Shown: in pieces, positions 30,109 to 38,875 of the stretch
Layout of the letters: each line of letters opens with the position of its first letter
How positions within the stretch are numbered: the stretch's first letter is position 1
DNA from: Candidatus Kuenenbacteria bacterium HGW-Kuenenbacteria-1
Lineage (GTDB): Bacteria > Patescibacteriota > Patescibacteriia > UBA2591 > PGYQ01
Assembly (NCBI GenBank): GCA_002839745.1
Contig: PGYQ01000002.1
Location: forward strand, 21,515-85,514
Reading direction: 5' to 3'
DNA length: 64,000 nucleotides
Translations under genes and position numbers: made by a program
The notes under the pieces: generated by a model
The model's input: only the letters and a program-made list of their open reading frames with translations
The model's database searches: none
What the model was told of the DNA's origin: nothing

Positions 30109-31836
30109 ATGAATTTACAAAGGAAAAATTTAAAAAAATTCAATAGAATTACCTTTTTAATGGTAATTTTTTTTATTTTTGCTGGATTAATTATTATTCG
30201 TTTATTTATTTTACAAATTTTACAACATAATTTTTATAAAGAACTCTCTGCAGATATTCACCAAATTTATCAAGAAACCTATCCAAAAAGAGGAGAAATA
30301 TTAATTCAAAAAAAAACAACAAATGAACTATATCCAATCGCAACTAATCGTGACCTATATTTAATTTACGCTATTCCTAAAAATATAGAAAACCCAGAAG
30401 AAACATTTGAAAAATTATCTTCAATAATTGAAATTAAAAAAGAAAAAGAAAAAATTCTTTTACGTCTTTCTAAAAAAAACGATTTATATGAACCCATTAA
30501 GCATTATTTAAGTGAAGAAGAAATGAAAAAAATTAAAGAATTTAATTTAAAAGGCATTAAATTTACCACCGAAACTGTTCGTTTTTATCCTCATAATAAT
30601 CTTTTTAGCCATATTTTGGGATTTGTGGGTTTTAAAAAAAATGAACAAATTGGACAATATGGAATTGAAGAATATTTTGAAAAACAATTAAAAGGAGAAA
30701 AGGGATTTTTAAAAGCAAAAAAAGGAGCTGAAGGTAGTCTTATTGCTACCTCAGAATCAATAACTCAAAAACCAAAAGACGGAGAATCAATTGTTTTAAC
30801 TTTAGATGAAGCGATTCAATTTACCACTTGCCAAGAATTAAAAAATGGCTTTGAAAAATATAAAGCCGAAAAAGGAACCGCCATTGTTATGGAACCACAA
30901 ACAGGAAAAATTTTAGCTCTATGTAATTTACCGGATTTTGATTCTAATAAATATAATGAAAATAAAGATGTTAATACTTTTAATAATTTAGCTGTTTTTG
31001 ATCAATATGAACCCGGTTCTGTTTTTAAAGCTATCACTATGGCAATTGGATTAGACACAAATAAAATTACACCTGAAACAACTTATATAGATACCGGACA
31101 AGTAAAAATTGGGGGGTACACTATTAAAAATTATAACGATAAAACATATGGAAAACAAACAATGACTGGAATTTTAGAAAAATCTCTTAATACAGGAGCT
31201 ATTTTTGTTGCTCATAAAATAGAAAATAATATATTTAAAAAATATATTGAAGATTTTGGTTTTGGAAAATTAACTGGAATTACTTTGCCCAGCGAAAATT
31301 CTGGAAATATTAATTCATTAAATAAAAAAGGTAAACTTTATACTGCCACGGCTTCTTTTGGACAAGGAATTTCTACTACTCCTATCCAATTAGTCACCGC
31401 TTTTTCAGCTATTGCCAATCAAGGACAATTAATGAAACCTTATCTCGTGGATAAAATTATAAAAAATGACAATGAAGAATTTAAAACAAATCCACAAATA
31501 ATAAAACAAGTTATTTCTCCAAAAACAGCTATACTTTTAAGTGGTATGTTAACTTCTGTGGTAAAAAAAGGATGCGGAAAAAACGCTGGAGTAAAAAATT
31601 ATTATTTAGCTGGCAAAACAGGCACGGCTCAAGTTTCAGCCAAAGACAAAAAAGGTTATTCTAATGAAACAATTCAAACTTTTATTGGCTTCGGGCCAGT
31701 AGATAATCCTCGTTTTGCTATTATAGTTAAATTAGACAAACCACATGCAGTAGATGCTTCGGTTTCTGTGGCTCCTATTTTTAGTAAAATAGCAGAATTT
31801 ATTTTAAATTATTATCAAATCCCACCAGAAAATTAA
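30109..31836 (+). CDS. ftsI: class B penicillin-binding protein (FtsI-like)
   Basis: YEPGSVFK, SLN, GKTGTAQ; dcw cluster position. Confidence 0.88.
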   Translation: MNLQRKNLKKFNRITFLMVIFFIFAGLIIIRLFILQILQHNFYKELSADIHQIYQETYPKRGEILIQKKTTNELYPIATNRDLYLIYAIPKNIENPEETFEKLSSIIEIKKEKEKILLRLSKKNDLYEPIKHYLSEEEMKKIKEFNLKGIKFTTETVRFYPHNNLFSHILGFVGFKKNEQIGQYGIEEYFEKQLKGEKGFLKAKKGAEGSLIATSESITQKPKDGESIVLTLDEAIQFTTCQELKNGFEKYKAEKGTAIVMEPQTGKILALCNLPDFDSNKYNENKDVNTFNNLAVFDQYEPGSVFKAITMAIGLDTNKITPETTYIDTGQVKIGGYTIKNYNDKTYGKQTMTGILEKSLNTGAIFVAHKIENNIFKKYIEDFGFGKLTGITLPSENSGNINSLNKKGKLYTATASFGQGISTTPIQLVTAFSAIANQGQLMKPYLVDKIIKNDNEEFKTNPQIIKQVISPKTAILLSGMLTSVVKKGCGKNAGVKNYYLAGKTGTAQVSAKDKKGYSNETIQTFIGFGPVDNPRFAIIVKLDKPHAVDASVSVAPIFSKIAEFILNYYQIPPEN

Positions 31837-31886
31837 CTTTTAGCTTTTAGAAAATTCTAAGAAACTAAAAGCTAGAAAGCTAATTT

Positions 31887-32312
31887 ATGATAGAAATTTA
31901 TAATCAAACCAAACAAAAAATAAATAAAAAAGCGATTGAAAAAATTGTTCAAAAAATTGTTCAAAAAATAAAGTTTAAAGAAAAAATAGAAGTCTCTATT
32001 ATTTTTGTTGGAGAAAAAAAAATTAAACAATTAAATAAACAATATCGAAAAATAAATAAAGCAACAGATGTTTTAAGTTTTGGATTTTGGAAATTAGAAA
32101 AAACACAAACTAATTTTGGAGAAATTTTTATTTATTATCAAAAAATAAAAAAACAAGCAAAAATATTTAAACATAGCATTTCTCAAGAATTGAAAATAAT
32201 TTTAATTCATAGTATATTACATCTATTAGGATATGATCATGAAACAGAAAAAGACTGGGGAAAAATGAGAAAAATGGAAAAGAAAATTTTAATAGTAACA
32301 AGTAATCCGTAA
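31887..32312 (+). CDS. ybeY: rRNA maturation endoribonuclease YbeY
   Basis: TDVLSF, HSILHLLGYDH. Confidence 0.95.
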   Translation: MIEIYNQTKQKINKKAIEKIVQKIVQKIKFKEKIEVSIIFVGEKKIKQLNKQYRKINKATDVLSFGFWKLEKTQTNFGEIFIYYQKIKKQAKIFKHSISQELKIILIHSILHLLGYDHETEKDWGKMRKMEKKILIVTSNP

Positions 32313-32368
32313 TCAGTAACAAGTAAAAATCAAAAAAAATATTTTTCATATTACTGATTACTCATCTT

Positions 32369-32734
32369 ATGGTTTTTTATTTTAAAAAATTTTTAAAAAG
32401 TTTTGAACATTCTTTTAGAGGATTAAAAAATGCATTGATTTGGGAACAAAATCTTAAAATTCAATTATGTGTTTCTTTTATTGTTATTTTTTTAATGTTT
32501 TATTTCCCAACTAGAAATTTAGAAAAAGTCGCTTTAATTTTAGTTATAGCCGCTGTTTTAATTTTAGAATTAATTAATACTATTTTTGAAAGACTTTCTG
32601 ATATTTTAAAACCGCGTATTCATGATTATATAAAAGACATCAAAGATATTATGGCTGCAACAGTTTTAATTGCTTCCATCTGTGCCATAATTATTGGATT
32701 ACTTATTTTAGGACCATACTTTATGAAATTATAA
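32369..32734 (+). CDS. dgkA: diacylglycerol/undecaprenol kinase
   Basis: EQNLKI, LELINTIFE, IKDIMAATV; follows ybeY. Confidence 0.88.
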   Translation: MVFYFKKFLKSFEHSFRGLKNALIWEQNLKIQLCVSFIVIFLMFYFPTRNLEKVALILVIAAVLILELINTIFERLSDILKPRIHDYIKDIKDIMAATVLIASICAIIIGLLILGPYFMKL

Positions 32735-32856
32735 ATTATAAATTATAAATTAAAGATTTTAAATTAAAGATTTTAAATATTGTGTTTCTTTAAAACAAGA
32801 GTATAATAATTACAAAATCTAAAAATTAATTTTTAAAGCTAACAGCTATTAAATTT

Positions 32857-34095
32857 ATGCAACAAAAAATTATTACAGGAATTGATATTGGCTCATCTAG
32901 TATCCGCATAGTTATTGGACAATTTGATATTAATGAACAAATTCAAATTATCTGCGCTATTGAAGGCCCAAATAATGGAATGAACCGAGGGGTAATCACT
33001 AACATTGAGGATGCTGTTTCTAGTATTTCTTCTGTTTTAGAAAAAACAGAAAGAATAACAGGAACGCCTATTGAACATGCTTTTGTAGGAATTTCTGGCA
33101 GTCATATAATCTCTCAGCCTAGTCATGGAGTCGTGGCAATTGCTAAAGCCAATGGAGAAGTTGAGGAAAATGATATAGAAAGAGTAATTAATGCTGCTCA
33201 AACAGTAATTACTCCACCGAATTATGAAATTTTACATATTATCCCTCAAACTTTTACCATTGATCGCCAAACTGGAATTAAAGATCCTATTGGAATGAGT
33301 GGTATAAGATTAGAAGTTGACGCGCAAATTATTGAAGGACTTAGTTCACCAATTAAAAATTTAACCAAATGCATAAATAGAACTGGCATTAATGTTAATG
33401 ATTTGGTTTTTTCTATTTTAGCTACCAGCGAAGCCGTATTAAATAAAAGACAAAAAGAATTGGGTGTGGCTGTAATAAATTTAGGCGGAGCAACCACTAG
33501 TTTTATTATTTTTGAAGAAGGAGATTTAATTACTTGTGGAGTTTTACCAATAGGTAGCGATCATATTACCTCTGATATTGCTATTGGATTAAGAATATCA
33601 ATTGATCTTGCGGAAAAAATTAAATTAACTTATGGCACTGCCTTGCCAGATCAATTTAAAAAAGAAGAAAAAATTAATTTAAACGAATTTGATGATAATG
33701 AAAAAGAAGCAGTTTCAAAAAAATATATTGCCAATATTATTGAAGCAAGAGTAGAAGAAATTTTTAGAATGATTAATGCAGAATTTAAAAAAATTAATAG
33801 AGATGGAAAATTACCAGCAGGAGTTATTTTAACTGGAGGTGGAGCAAAATTACCAGGAATAGTTGAATTAGCAAAAAAAGAATTTCGTTTACCAGCATCT
33901 ATAGATACTTCACAAGAAAATATTTTTACTTCTGTAGATAAAATTAATGATCCAGAATTTTCTACTGCCTTGGGTTTGGTTTTATGGGGAAGCCAAGCCC
34001 AACAAAAACATAATAAATTTTCTTTTTCAAATCTTTTAAATATTAAACAAATGGTTTCTAGCATTAAAAAATGGATTAAATCTTTTGGAAATTAA
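32857..34095 (+). CDS. ftsA: cell division protein FtsA
   Basis: GIDIGSS, PIGMSGIRLE, NLGGATT, LTGGGAKLPG. Confidence 0.97.
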   Translation: MQQKIITGIDIGSSSIRIVIGQFDINEQIQIICAIEGPNNGMNRGVITNIEDAVSSISSVLEKTERITGTPIEHAFVGISGSHIISQPSHGVVAIAKANGEVEENDIERVINAAQTVITPPNYEILHIIPQTFTIDRQTGIKDPIGMSGIRLEVDAQIIEGLSSPIKNLTKCINRTGINVNDLVFSILATSEAVLNKRQKELGVAVINLGGATTSFIIFEEGDLITCGVLPIGSDHITSDIAIGLRISIDLAEKIKLTYGTALPDQFKKEEKINLNEFDDNEKEAVSKKYIANIIEARVEEIFRMINAEFKKINRDGKLPAGVILTGGGAKLPGIVELAKKEFRLPASIDTSQENIFTSVDKINDPEFSTALGLVLWGSQAQQKHNKFSFSNLLNIKQMVSSIKKWIKSFGN

Positions 34096-34271
34096 TATTA
34101 TGACAAAACAAAATAAACACGAAAACACGAAAACATAAGAAATTTTAAATTATAAATTTTGGAAGATTGTTTAAATGCAGAAATCGAACCTTGGGAAATC
34201 CCGTAGGCCGATTCTATGTAATCGCCCACAGGGCGAAAACGTGGTTTCGCCCCTACGAAACGCAAATTGTT

Positions 34272-35151
34272 ATGCAATACAATTCCGAAATCCATCATCG
34301 TCGATCAATTAGATTAAAAGAATATGATTATTCGCAAAATGGCGTATATTTCATCACAATTTGTACGCAAAATCATGAATGTTTGTTTGGAAAAATTGAA
34401 AATGAAAAAATGATTTTAAATGAATACGGCAAAATTGTAAAAAAAGATTGGTTGGAAATCCCAAATCATTTTCCAAATATAATATTAGACAAATTTATTG
34501 TAATGCCCAACCATATTCACGGAATAATAATTATTGACGCATCCGTAGGGGCGTACCCTTGCGGTCGCCCTGTAATTAGGGCAGGGGCAAGCCCCACGGT
34601 TGGGCTGTTCTAAAATAATGACATCATAAAGTTTACATTATTTGTACATTTTTCAATTGTTTCTTGTATTTTGTTTAAATTATTTTTTCTGAAAATATTA
34701 ATTACTAAATTTCTGATTAAAGAATAATTTGCAGAAGCATTTCCTCACGGTTAGGGAAATTAATTAAGCCCCCTTGATAAAGGGGGTTGGGGGATTTCAT
34801 AAGAAAGAAACCCTCTAAATCCCCCTTATCAGGGGACAAAGAGAGAAGCAAACCTCTTAAAAGCCCCCTTGATAAAGGGGGTTGGGGGATTTCAGAAATT
34901 AAGAAACCCTCTAAATCTCCCTTATCAGGGAGACTTTATGGAAGAAGGATTTTCAAAATTATAAATCATTAGTTGCAAATAGGTGTTTAAATATTTATAA
35001 ATCAAAAAATAAATATATGGGGAAATTATAGCAACGGAATTATTTTGAACATATTATTCGTGATGAAAAATCATTAAATAAAATTCACGAATATATTTTT
35101 AACAATTTTTTGAAATGGGAATTTGACAGAAATAATCCAAAAAATTTATAA
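34272..35151 (+). pseudogene. REP-associated tyrosine transposase (RAYT, Y1/HUH), disrupted
   Basis: HHRRSIRLKEYDYS, YFITIC, HUH motif MPNHIHGII; after the MITE it resumes YKSLVAN...KL*QRNYFEHIIRDE with TAG at 35029. Confidence 0.9.
34595..34962 (+). mobile_element. MITE copy 1 (one end deleted), inserted in the RAYT gene
   Basis: starts with TIR CACGGTTGGGCTGTTCTA; near-identical to the reverse complement of 58510-58781; carries two tandem CCCCCTTGATAAAGGGGG/CCCTTATCAGGG palindrome units. Confidence 0.85.
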
Positions 35152-35302
35152 TTAAATTCCGTAGGGGCGTACCATGAATTAGGTTTTAGGTTTTAGAGGT
35201 TAGGGATTTGTAGGGGCGTACCCTTGCGTACGCCCAAGAAATAAAAAACAAATAAAATTATGTAGGGGGCGTATTACAATACGCCCATACGAAATACAAT
35301 TT

Positions 35303-35617
35303 ATGACAAAACAAAAACTTCAAAAAAATTTAAAACAAATTATCAAAGATCTCGAACCATATAAATCAGAAAAAATAATTCTTTATGGTTCTTGTGCTAA
35401 AGGTGATTTTAAAAAAAATAGTGATATTGATTTATTTATTATCAAAAAAACAAAAAAAAATTTTTTCGACAGACTTGACGATGTAAATAAATTAATTAAT
35501 CATAAAACGCCAATAGATATTCTTGTTTTTACTCCTAAAGAAATAAAAAAACGCCTTGCTTTAGAAGATTTCTTTTTTAAAGAAATAATTCAAAAAGGAA
35601 AAATTATTTATGAATAA
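35303..35617 (+). CDS. minimal nucleotidyltransferase (MNT) antitoxin
   Basis: ILYGSCAKG, SDIDLFII, IDILV; overlaps the HEPN gene. Confidence 0.88.
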   Translation: MTKQKLQKNLKQIIKDLEPYKSEKIILYGSCAKGDFKKNSDIDLFIIKKTKKNFFDRLDDVNKLINHKTPIDILVFTPKEIKKRLALEDFFFKEIIQKGKIIYE

Positions 35618-36005
35618 TAAAAATTTAATTAAGGCAAAAGAATGGTTTAAAATTGCTGATAATGATTTTGGGTTTGCTAAATCCAGCTTTGAAGATAAGG
35701 ATGAATATTATGCTCAAATATGTTTTTTGTTTCATCAAGCTATTGAGAAATATTTAAAAGGCTACTTAATTGCTAAAGGAAAAATTCCTCAAAAAACTCA
35801 TGATTTAGCTTTTTTAATAGAAGAATGTAAAAAAATTAATTTAAAATTTAAAGAATTTGAATTAGAATGTAAAGAAATAAATAAATATTATATACCAAGT
35901 CGTTACCCAGTTCATTGGATAGAAGTAAAAAAAGAAAACACCAAAAAAGCTTTTGAAGCAGCAGAAAATATTACAAAATTCATCAAAGAAAACATTTTAT
36001 ATTAA
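35610..36005 (+). CDS. HEPN domain protein
   Basis: FLFHQAIEKYLKG, KTHDL, YIPSRYP. Confidence 0.88.
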   Translation: MNNKNLIKAKEWFKIADNDFGFAKSSFEDKDEYYAQICFLFHQAIEKYLKGYLIAKGKIPQKTHDLAFLIEECKKINLKFKEFELECKEINKYYIPSRYPVHWIEVKKENTKKAFEAAENITKFIKENILY

Positions 36006-36013
36006 AACTTTTT

Positions 36014-37630
36014 ATGACAAAACAAAATAAAAAAATAAAATTATGCAAAGGCGTATTGCAATACGCCCCTATGGTAATAATTTTCTGCCAAATATTCGTA
36101 ATGGTTTTTTTATTTTCTTCTTTTTCTGTTTTATCTGTTAAAGCAGAAGGAGGTAATTGTCAATGTAATGGAAATATAACTACTACTATTTTTGCGAAAG
36201 GTACTATGGGATTATTTTTTACAACAGAACAAAAAACAAATTTTGAAAATTTATGTGAAAATTACAAAGGAAATTTCCAAAATTATGATTGTCTTGGAAT
36301 AATAAATGTTCCAATATCCACGATAAAGACTGAAAATAATTGTACTAAAGACTACATTCAAAAAAATGCTACGGAAGACATAAAAGCTAAATTAGGTCTT
36401 AGTGGTAAAGGTAGTACTGCTACTATTACATCATGTCAATGGACTGATAATGTTTCTTCATCGCCTTTACCAACATTTAAGACAACAAATCCAGAAAATG
36501 GTTGTTGTGTAAAAACCTTGTCTAATGGAAGTTTTCAATGTGAATTAGTTAATGCATTAAATTTGTGTCCAAACATTGAAAATCAATCTTTTGAAAAAGG
36601 AAAAATTTGTATAGGAGTTCCTGATTGTTTCAATATCTCAATGATGGAAAAAATAAATACTCAACCAGTAACACCAAGCCCACAATCAGAAGCTCGAATA
36701 GAACAAGAAAAAATTAGAAAAGAAACAATGATAAAAGCAGAAGCAAAAAAATTAGCTAAAATTCCTACTATTTGTTGGCAAAAAAGTGAGTGTATTTCAC
36801 CTAATGTTTTTAAAGAAAATTCATCACCATGCCAGTCTCCATATGGAAAATGTTATATGACTCCAAAAGGATCTACTTTACAAGTAGAAATTCCCGGTTA
36901 TGATGAAAAAGGGCAAACAAATATTTCACAATATATTTCTGCAATTTATAAATTTATTATTATTTTAGCGACGATATTGGCGGTAATAATGATTATGATT
37001 GCCGGAGTCAGATGGATGACTGCCATGGGTAATCAAGGTCAATTAGATTCCGCAAAAACAATGATTACAAATTCTTTAATCGGTTTAGTTTTAGCTCTTG
37101 GTTCTTGGTTTATCCTTAATTCAATCAACCCCGCTCTTGTAAAAAATGAAATGAAAGGAATTGCAATGATCCGAACGGAACCGTTGAAGATGCAACAAAG
37201 GGAAGTACCTGATTGGGGAGATATTACTTTTTGTAGAAGAGATTGTGGAAATTATGGAGGACCTCTCGCAACTATTTATTGTGCATGTGGTGAACCTTAT
37301 AAAAATTGTACCGGAGTAACAATAAGAGCAGAAGAATTAAGTGAAAAAATTTGTATTGCTAAGGACAAAAAAGTAATTGGTGTAAAAGAAGTTTCTCTGA
37401 TTAAGATAAGTAATCCTCAAAAATATACAGGGGAAAAAACAATAAAAGCAGTTTCTAAAGATTATAATTGTGGATGGGTGTATATGAAAAATAACGAACT
37501 TTTTTTAGGTAGAAACTGTCATAATGAAAATAAAGATTGCGTAATTTTTTGGGAAGAAGGATTTATAAAAGATGAAGTTCCAATTCGCGACAGCATTATT
37601 GGTAATTACAAGAAATCAGAATGTTATTAA
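36014..37630 (+). CDS. Cys-rich CPR pilin-like protein (VirB2/TrbC-like domain)
   Basis: signal peptide, many Cys, YISAIYKFIIILATILAVIMIMIAGVRWMTAMGN...AKTMITNSLIGLVLALGSWFILNSINP. Confidence 0.8.
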   Translation: MTKQNKKIKLCKGVLQYAPMVIIFCQIFVMVFLFSSFSVLSVKAEGGNCQCNGNITTTIFAKGTMGLFFTTEQKTNFENLCENYKGNFQNYDCLGIINVPISTIKTENNCTKDYIQKNATEDIKAKLGLSGKGSTATITSCQWTDNVSSSPLPTFKTTNPENGCCVKTLSNGSFQCELVNALNLCPNIENQSFEKGKICIGVPDCFNISMMEKINTQPVTPSPQSEARIEQEKIRKETMIKAEAKKLAKIPTICWQKSECISPNVFKENSSPCQSPYGKCYMTPKGSTLQVEIPGYDEKGQTNISQYISAIYKFIIILATILAVIMIMIAGVRWMTAMGNQGQLDSAKTMITNSLIGLVLALGSWFILNSINPALVKNEMKGIAMIRTEPLKMQQREVPDWGDITFCRRDCGNYGGPLATIYCACGEPYKNCTGVTIRAEELSEKICIAKDKKVIGVKEVSLIKISNPQKYTGEKTIKAVSKDYNCGWVYMKNNELFLGRNCHNENKDCVIFWEEGFIKDEVPIRDSIIGNYKKSECY

Positions 37631-37682
37631 AAAACAAATACTTGTTCTCTTCCTATTATCTCATCTTTATTCTCTCTTTCAC

Positions 37683-37701
37683 TCCACTGTGTTAACACAA
37701 T
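37683..37701. repeat. dispersed 19-bp motif TCCACTGTGTTAACACAAT (copy 2)
   Basis: identical to 16000-16018. Confidence 0.8.
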
Positions 37702-37798
37702 ATAAATTATAAATTTTAAATTATAACTTTAAACCTTTAAAATGATCAGGTTTTTAAAAATACCAAAATTAATAAAATAAAATAGAATTTTTATACTC

Positions 37799-38860
37799 TT
37801 AATTAATAATCTGCTGTTTTTTATCCTCTTCTTTTTTTAATTCAAAAAAATCTTTTATCAAAATAAATAAAGTGGTAGCAATAGGAATGGCTAATAACAT
37901 TCCAATAGGACCATATAATTTCCCGCCAATTAAAACAACAATAATAACCAATACTGGGTTTAATCCCACAATTTTACCCATTATTTTAGGAACCAGGATA
38001 TGATTTTCTAATTGTTGAATAATAAAATACAAAGCAATTACCAATAAAGCTGTAACAGGAGATTGAGTAAAAGCTAAAAATATAGCAGGAATAGCTCCTA
38101 TGATAGGACCGAAATATGGGATACATTCACTAATTCCAGCAATTAAAGCTAATAATAAGGCATATTTAACACCCAAAATTAAAAGCCCAATATAGCTAAA
38201 AAGACCTATTGATAAACATAAAATTAATTGCCCGCGCGACCAAAGACTTATTTTATTTTGCACTTGAGAAAAAAGCTGCAAAGTATAAGATTGAAATTTG
38301 TCAGGCACAATGGATTGAATAATTTTTTTCATTGCTTTTACTTCAAGCAATAAATAAAAAATCATAATTAAAACAAAAATAAAAGTAACTAAACCTCCAA
38401 AAATATCTATAACTCTGAAAAATATATTTTGTCCTATTTGAACTATGTTTTTATTTAAATCCTGAGATAAAAATTCTTTAGAAGTTGAAGTAAAGTTATC
38501 TATATTAGAATATTGTTGAACAATAGCAAACATTTCTGCTACTTTCCCTTTCCATTGAGGAAAATTTTCTACTGCTTGATTAATTTGATCAAATATTACT
38601 GGAACAATTAAAACAATAATAAAAAATATAACACAAAATATTACAAGATAAATAACAGAAATTGATATAATTCGCGGAATTTTTTTTCTTTGAAAATAAT
38701 TAACTAACGGATTAAGAGCTGCTGCCAAAATAATAGAAACAACGACAACAAGTATTACATCGCGAATTAAATACAAAAATCCAAAAATTAAAAAAATTCC
38801 AATTACCTTAATAATTGTCAAAGAGGAAATATTAATTGTAAGCTGATTTTTTTCTTGCAT
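37799..38860 (-). CDS. AI-2E family transporter
   Basis: multi-TM, IPYFGPIIG, QQLENHILVP, VGLNP, GMLLAIP. Confidence 0.92.
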   Translation of the reverse strand: MQEKNQLTINISSLTIIKVIGIFLIFGFLYLIRDVILVVVVSIILAAALNPLVNYFQRKKIPRIISISVIYLVIFCVIFFIIVLIVPVIFDQINQAVENFPQWKGKVAEMFAIVQQYSNIDNFTSTSKEFLSQDLNKNIVQIGQNIFFRVIDIFGGLVTFIFVLIMIFYLLLEVKAMKKIIQSIVPDKFQSYTLQLFSQVQNKISLWSRGQLILCLSIGLFSYIGLLILGVKYALLLALIAGISECIPYFGPIIGAIPAIFLAFTQSPVTALLVIALYFIIQQLENHILVPKIMGKIVGLNPVLVIIVVLIGGKLYGPIGMLLAIPIATTLFILIKDFFELKKEEDKKQQIIN

Positions 38861-38875
38861 AAATATAAATAAAAA

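Larger units (their letters stand above)
34202..35289. repeat. GTAG-family REP palindromes around the RAYT gene
   Basis: GTAG+GGGCG..CGCCC units at 34202-34257, 34545-34570, 35161, 35210-35235, 35262-35286 (and a degenerate copy at 36045-36070). Confidence 0.8.

Noticed and set aside
34767-34935. Tandem palindromic units as a CRISPR array; 61-aa ORF 34787..34972
   Set aside because: Only two units, no unique spacers, no cas genes; they lie inside a MITE.
34098-37630. Diversity-generating retroelement targeting the pilin
   Set aside because: No reverse transcriptase and no TR/VR pair differing at adenines; the 187-bp duplication elsewhere differs only by an indel.
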